A stretch of DNA of 64,000 bases from Eremomyces bilateralis CBS 781.70 (Eukaryota), in the NCBI GenBank assembly GCA_010015585.1, contig ML975151.1; one strand, 5' to 3'. The translations under genes were made by a program, and so were the position numbers. The notes beneath the pieces were generated by a model that saw nothing but the letters and a program-made list of their open reading frames with translations, did not search any database and was not told where the DNA came from. Positions 60,205 through 64,000 of this stretch are shown here, piece by piece; positions within the stretch are counted from its first letter, which is position 1, and the number at the start of each line of letters is the position of its first letter.

Positions 60205-61360
60205 TTAAAGTTCGTCCTTCGCCGGTTTCTCCGCCGAGAATTGTCGGAGGATATTCGACCTCGACGTCAACTCATCAACCTTTTGCGATGCCAGCCCGCC
60301 TTTGGCCAAGATACTCTGGAGTCTGCTCAACTCCTTGACGGCGTGCTCCTTGTTCGCCTTGTACTTGTCCCCGACCCGGACATAGTATTCCGCGAACTTA
60401 TTGCCGGTGAACTCTTTCGCCTTCGTTGCGAGCTCCTCCGCTCCAGCGACAACATCACCACCAACCGCAACCATGCGCTGGACGACGAGGTTCAGGTCTT
60501 CGATCGTGCCGGCCGTCGCGCTCAATCCGCCGCCGACGACGCGGGATGTGCCGGCCTTCTCGTTCAGGTAGTTGATGAATGCGTCTTCGCTTCGACCTCC
60601 CTCGTACGCTTGGGCTTCAGTTGAGTGGGCGGGGAAGAATTTGATGGTTGGGTAAGAGGCCACGCCTTGCGCTTGAGCGGTAGCTTTGGAGCCGGGGTCT
60701 TCGGCGTCAACCTTTGCGATGAGGACATTGGGTTCGTTCACGAAGTCTTGGGCGAGGGTCTCCCATATAGGAGCGAGGGTCTTGCAGTCTGCAACATGAA
60801 TGTCAGCAACTCCTCCTGCATCTGGAGCCTAAATACATACGTCCACACCATGGTGCGGTGAATGCAACCAACACATGCTGGTCTGCTCCAACAGCCGTCT
60901 TGAACTTGCCATCATTCAACATCACCACGTTGCTCTCCGGCTTCTTCGCCGACTTTGGCTTGATCCCCGTCTTCTCCTTGATGAATGCCGTCAAGCTATC
61001 GATATCCCTCCCGCCCTTATAATCCTCCGGCTTATCGCTTTTCCCGTCGAACCATTTTAGGGTGGGGAACCCTTGCACCCCGAATCTCCGCCCCAGGTCC
61101 TTATGCTCGTCCGCATCGACCTTCGCGATGCTGACCTTGTCTTCGGCAAAGGCGAGATTCTGTGCCAATTCCTCGTAGATGGGAGCGAGGGTCTTGCAAT
61201 GTCCGCACCATGGCGCAAAGAACTCCACGAGGGCGGGCTTCCCGGATTTGAGGACGACATTGTCAAAGTTCTTTGGGATAAGGTCGATGACGGCGGAGCC
61301 GGCTTGGGCGCCGAATGTGAAGAGAGCGGCTGAGAGGAGGAGGGAGGTGAGTCGTGTCAT
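60205..61360 (-). CDS. tigA: Protein disulfide isomerase TigA/ERp38 type
   Basis: Signal peptide, two APWCGHCK thioredoxin domains (the second split by intron ~60841..60789), ERp29-like C-terminal domain, KDEL. Confidence 0.92.
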
Positions 61361-61889
61361 GATGGATATACTGTTACTAATATTTCGAAGGAGATTAAGG
61401 AATTAGGAAAGTAAGAGGGGAGTCGATGCGAGTGTTCTGCTATGAAATAATATCACCAGCCTCCAGCTACGTAACCGTGTCAGACCCTGGTCGGAATCCT
61501 GATAATTTCCGCTAAACTATTTTCGGAAAAGCTACTTGTCCTTTAAACCAGGAGGTGGCGTAGAAATCTAAAGGGATGTCTCGACGATAAACTGGATCTG
61601 ACGTCCTACCTTATGCCCGAATACCTTAACATAATACAGTATTAAGTCTCATAGCTGTTGCTGATTTGATCTCGGAGTTGCATTGCTAACACTTTTTCTA
61701 ATATACAGTTGCCAGATATCCTACACAAACATGCTCTCTTTGAGACAAATGAAGATCAAAAACAAGAAATCAGCAGCGAATAACCCATCTCTCCCCTAGT
61801 AATCCCTCTCCGGAGCATGGAAGCATGAAGTTGCAACTCGAAATCAACTCACAAATCGTATCCAGGAATCTAATCCTCTTCCGTGCATA

Positions 61890-62580
61890 CTTCACGTGCC
61901 AAGCACCTGCCGATACTCCTTCATCAGCTCCCACAACTGCCCGTCTCCCTTGACCATTCTGCGATAACGTTTCCTCGCCTCTAATATGGTCATAGTTTGT
62001 TCGCCTTGTTCATGGGGTCCGTCCTTCTTGCAGAGCAAGACCTGCGTGGGCGAGTACCTTCCTCCGTGCGAAAAGTCTCACCAGGAAATGATGCGGAGAG
62101 AAAGGATGCCCTCTGGACCGAATTCCCACTGTGCTAAATCGTGGAGTTCTTTGGAGACCCACGACAGGATGTTTTCTTCAAAACATCGACTTTTGGGGGG
62201 ATGGCTGTCTAGCTATTTGGTGTCTTGGTCACTGATCGTGATACTACGTTAATCTAGCCATGCTTTCAGATACTCATTCGGGGAAGTGCACGTCCCCTTG
62301 AAATCGTATGTCAAACCAAAGCACCTCTTGCCACACCCGATGGCCCTCCAGGCTCCCTGATGTAGATGACCTCAAGTGGGTTTTCGCGGAAGGACTCGGT
62401 CAGAGATTTCTTCTGCAAGAGTTTAGTCGCTAACCCAAAGATAAGGAGGCATTATACCTACCCGGGCTCCAGGCGCGTCATTCAGCCCGAGGAAGCGGAG
62501 ATTGAAAACAGGAATCTTGTTGGTTGGACCGCCTGGCCAATACCTCATTGATGAGTCGAATACTGCCATTCTCAGGGATG
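61890..62580 (-). pseudogene. Degraded fungal hypothetical gene
   Basis: ELHDLAQWEFGPEGILSLRIISW*DFSHGGRY...VLLC...LWELMKEYRQVLGT* resembles, from recall, a WxFGPxG...GDFS tail common in fungal F-box-like proteins. In-frame stops are present. Confidence 0.55.
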
Positions 62581-63400
62581 CCAACAAGCAATGGACTCTG
62601 GCTCGAAGCTATTCTGACTAGCTTGGATAGGTGGCCAAGATATCACGGCAACTCAGAAGTTGTTCTGGTAGTTGATGTTGATATTGATGTGGAGAAGGAA
62701 GAAGAATAAAGGATGGAGAATGACGAATGAAGGACAAAACAAAAACAGAAGGATAACGATTAGGTATCATGATCAAATATGATAATATATCTCATGCTGT
62801 GCGGTTAATTCGAACTGAAAGCGGCTCAGAAGGGAATAACTGACGATGAATTCTTTGTGATGGAAGATAGGGGATCAAACCCGAACTAGACTCGGCCTCC
62901 AAGCAGCAACCTGACCGCCATGCAATGCTATAATTACTAAAGAACTAAACCGAGAACGCAAATCAGTGTACTGTGACCTTCCACCGAGTGGATATCTAGG
63001 AAATGATGTCCACTGATAAGTTGGCGGCTTGAACTGGATAAGTGAGGGGAGAAGGTGAAAGGAGCAAGAGGAAGATTGTTGATATTATCTCCATTTTCCT
63101 TCCTAACCTTAAGCAGACGTCGTGCCAATGCTTTCTGGATACCGGGATTTTACAGGTGAGGGCTTTATAGGGAAGGCCTGATAAGGAAGATCTTGAGATA
63201 GGTGTTATAAGTAAGAACGGAATATAGCTAGGAATTCTTTTATATCTTGAGAATTGGGGCAGAATTTGGCGGTAGTACGAATACCGACAGCGATAACTAT
63301 ACCTTAGGTACTAATTGTCGAACCTTGCTCTATCTACCCTTCTTCTAGATTCCCAGGGGCGTCCCTTTTGGGGGTTTGGCTTGGTTGGGTAGATTCATCA

Positions 63401-64000
63401 CTAATATCATGTAAATCTAAACCTGAACCCGCGATGTGTACGCTTCGGACCCAGTATGACAGACTTCTGTTCCCCCGGCCCGAACCAGTTAGGGGATATC
63501 AGACACAACAGCGGAAAGGCCCGCACCGGATGATCCAGAACGAGTATCGAGCAAAATGGAGGGAGAGATGCCAAGCCGAAGCGGCCAGACCAGGAAGGAG
63601 AGCAAGGACATGGAAGGACCCGTGGGAAACCCAGTGCCTTAACCGGTACGACGGCCTTCAGAAACACGAGGCCTCGGCGCTCATGGCACTACGGACTAAG
63701 GTAGTTGGAGTTAAAGGATGGCTCGCAAAAATTGGTGTCCCTGGAATCCACCCAGCGTGTGAGTGCGGTGCCCCCCGACAGTCTCTCTACCATCTCCTTG
63801 CATTTTGCCCGCAGCGGACCGACCAGAGGATCGCGCTCCTCCAACGAGCTGGAACAACGGACTTTAAGAGGATATTGCATGACAGGGACAAGGTGCGCCA
63901 CGCAGCAAGGTGGCTGATCGATGCGGGAGGCCTAGAGCAATACCGGGTGGCCAAGGAAGTTGAGGAGGAGGTAATAGAGGACTGGAAACCGTTCCAGCTC
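63401..64000 (+). mobile_element. 3' portion of a non-LTR (LINE) retrotransposon ORF2, 5'-truncated; continues past the window
   Basis: Open frame ...EASALMALRTKVVGVKGWLAKIGVPGIHPACECGAPRQSLYHLLAFCP... carries the CxC-x8-H-x4-C zinc knuckle typical of fungal LINE ORF2 C-termini. No RT domain upstream. Confidence 0.85.

Overview
A eukaryotic window from a filamentous ascomycete (Pezizomycotina). Evidence is short GT-AG introns with CTAAC/CTGAC-type branch points, a Zn2Cys6 factor, HET/NACHT genes and RIP-like CpA>TpA stops. The left ~34 kb is a dynamic, accessory-like region. It holds an NLR-type NACHT gene with a short N-terminal amyloid-like motif on its own exon, two intact Tc1/mariner elements with atypical (non-TA) flanks, and two peroxisomal (PTS1) acyl-CoA enzymes. 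It also holds a 64-aa membrane microprotein gene with a long hairpin upstream, a CorA-like protein, an intron-containing tRNA-Tyr, an internally deleted pogo-like element, a Zn2Cys6 TF, an intronless bacterial-like FAD monooxygenase, a C2H2 TF with a probable unannotated long N-terminal extension, and a split, RIP-damaged HET/ankyrin relic. The right ~30 kb is mostly housekeeping: exportin-T, S-formylglutathione hydrolase, head-to-head RPB6/TFIIIA, class I cAMP phosphodiesterase, Qri7, aprataxin Hnt3, a DHX57-like helicase and a TigA/ERp38 PDI, ending in a pseudogene and a LINE 3' fragment. All calls come from manual reading and motif recall; no database search was run.
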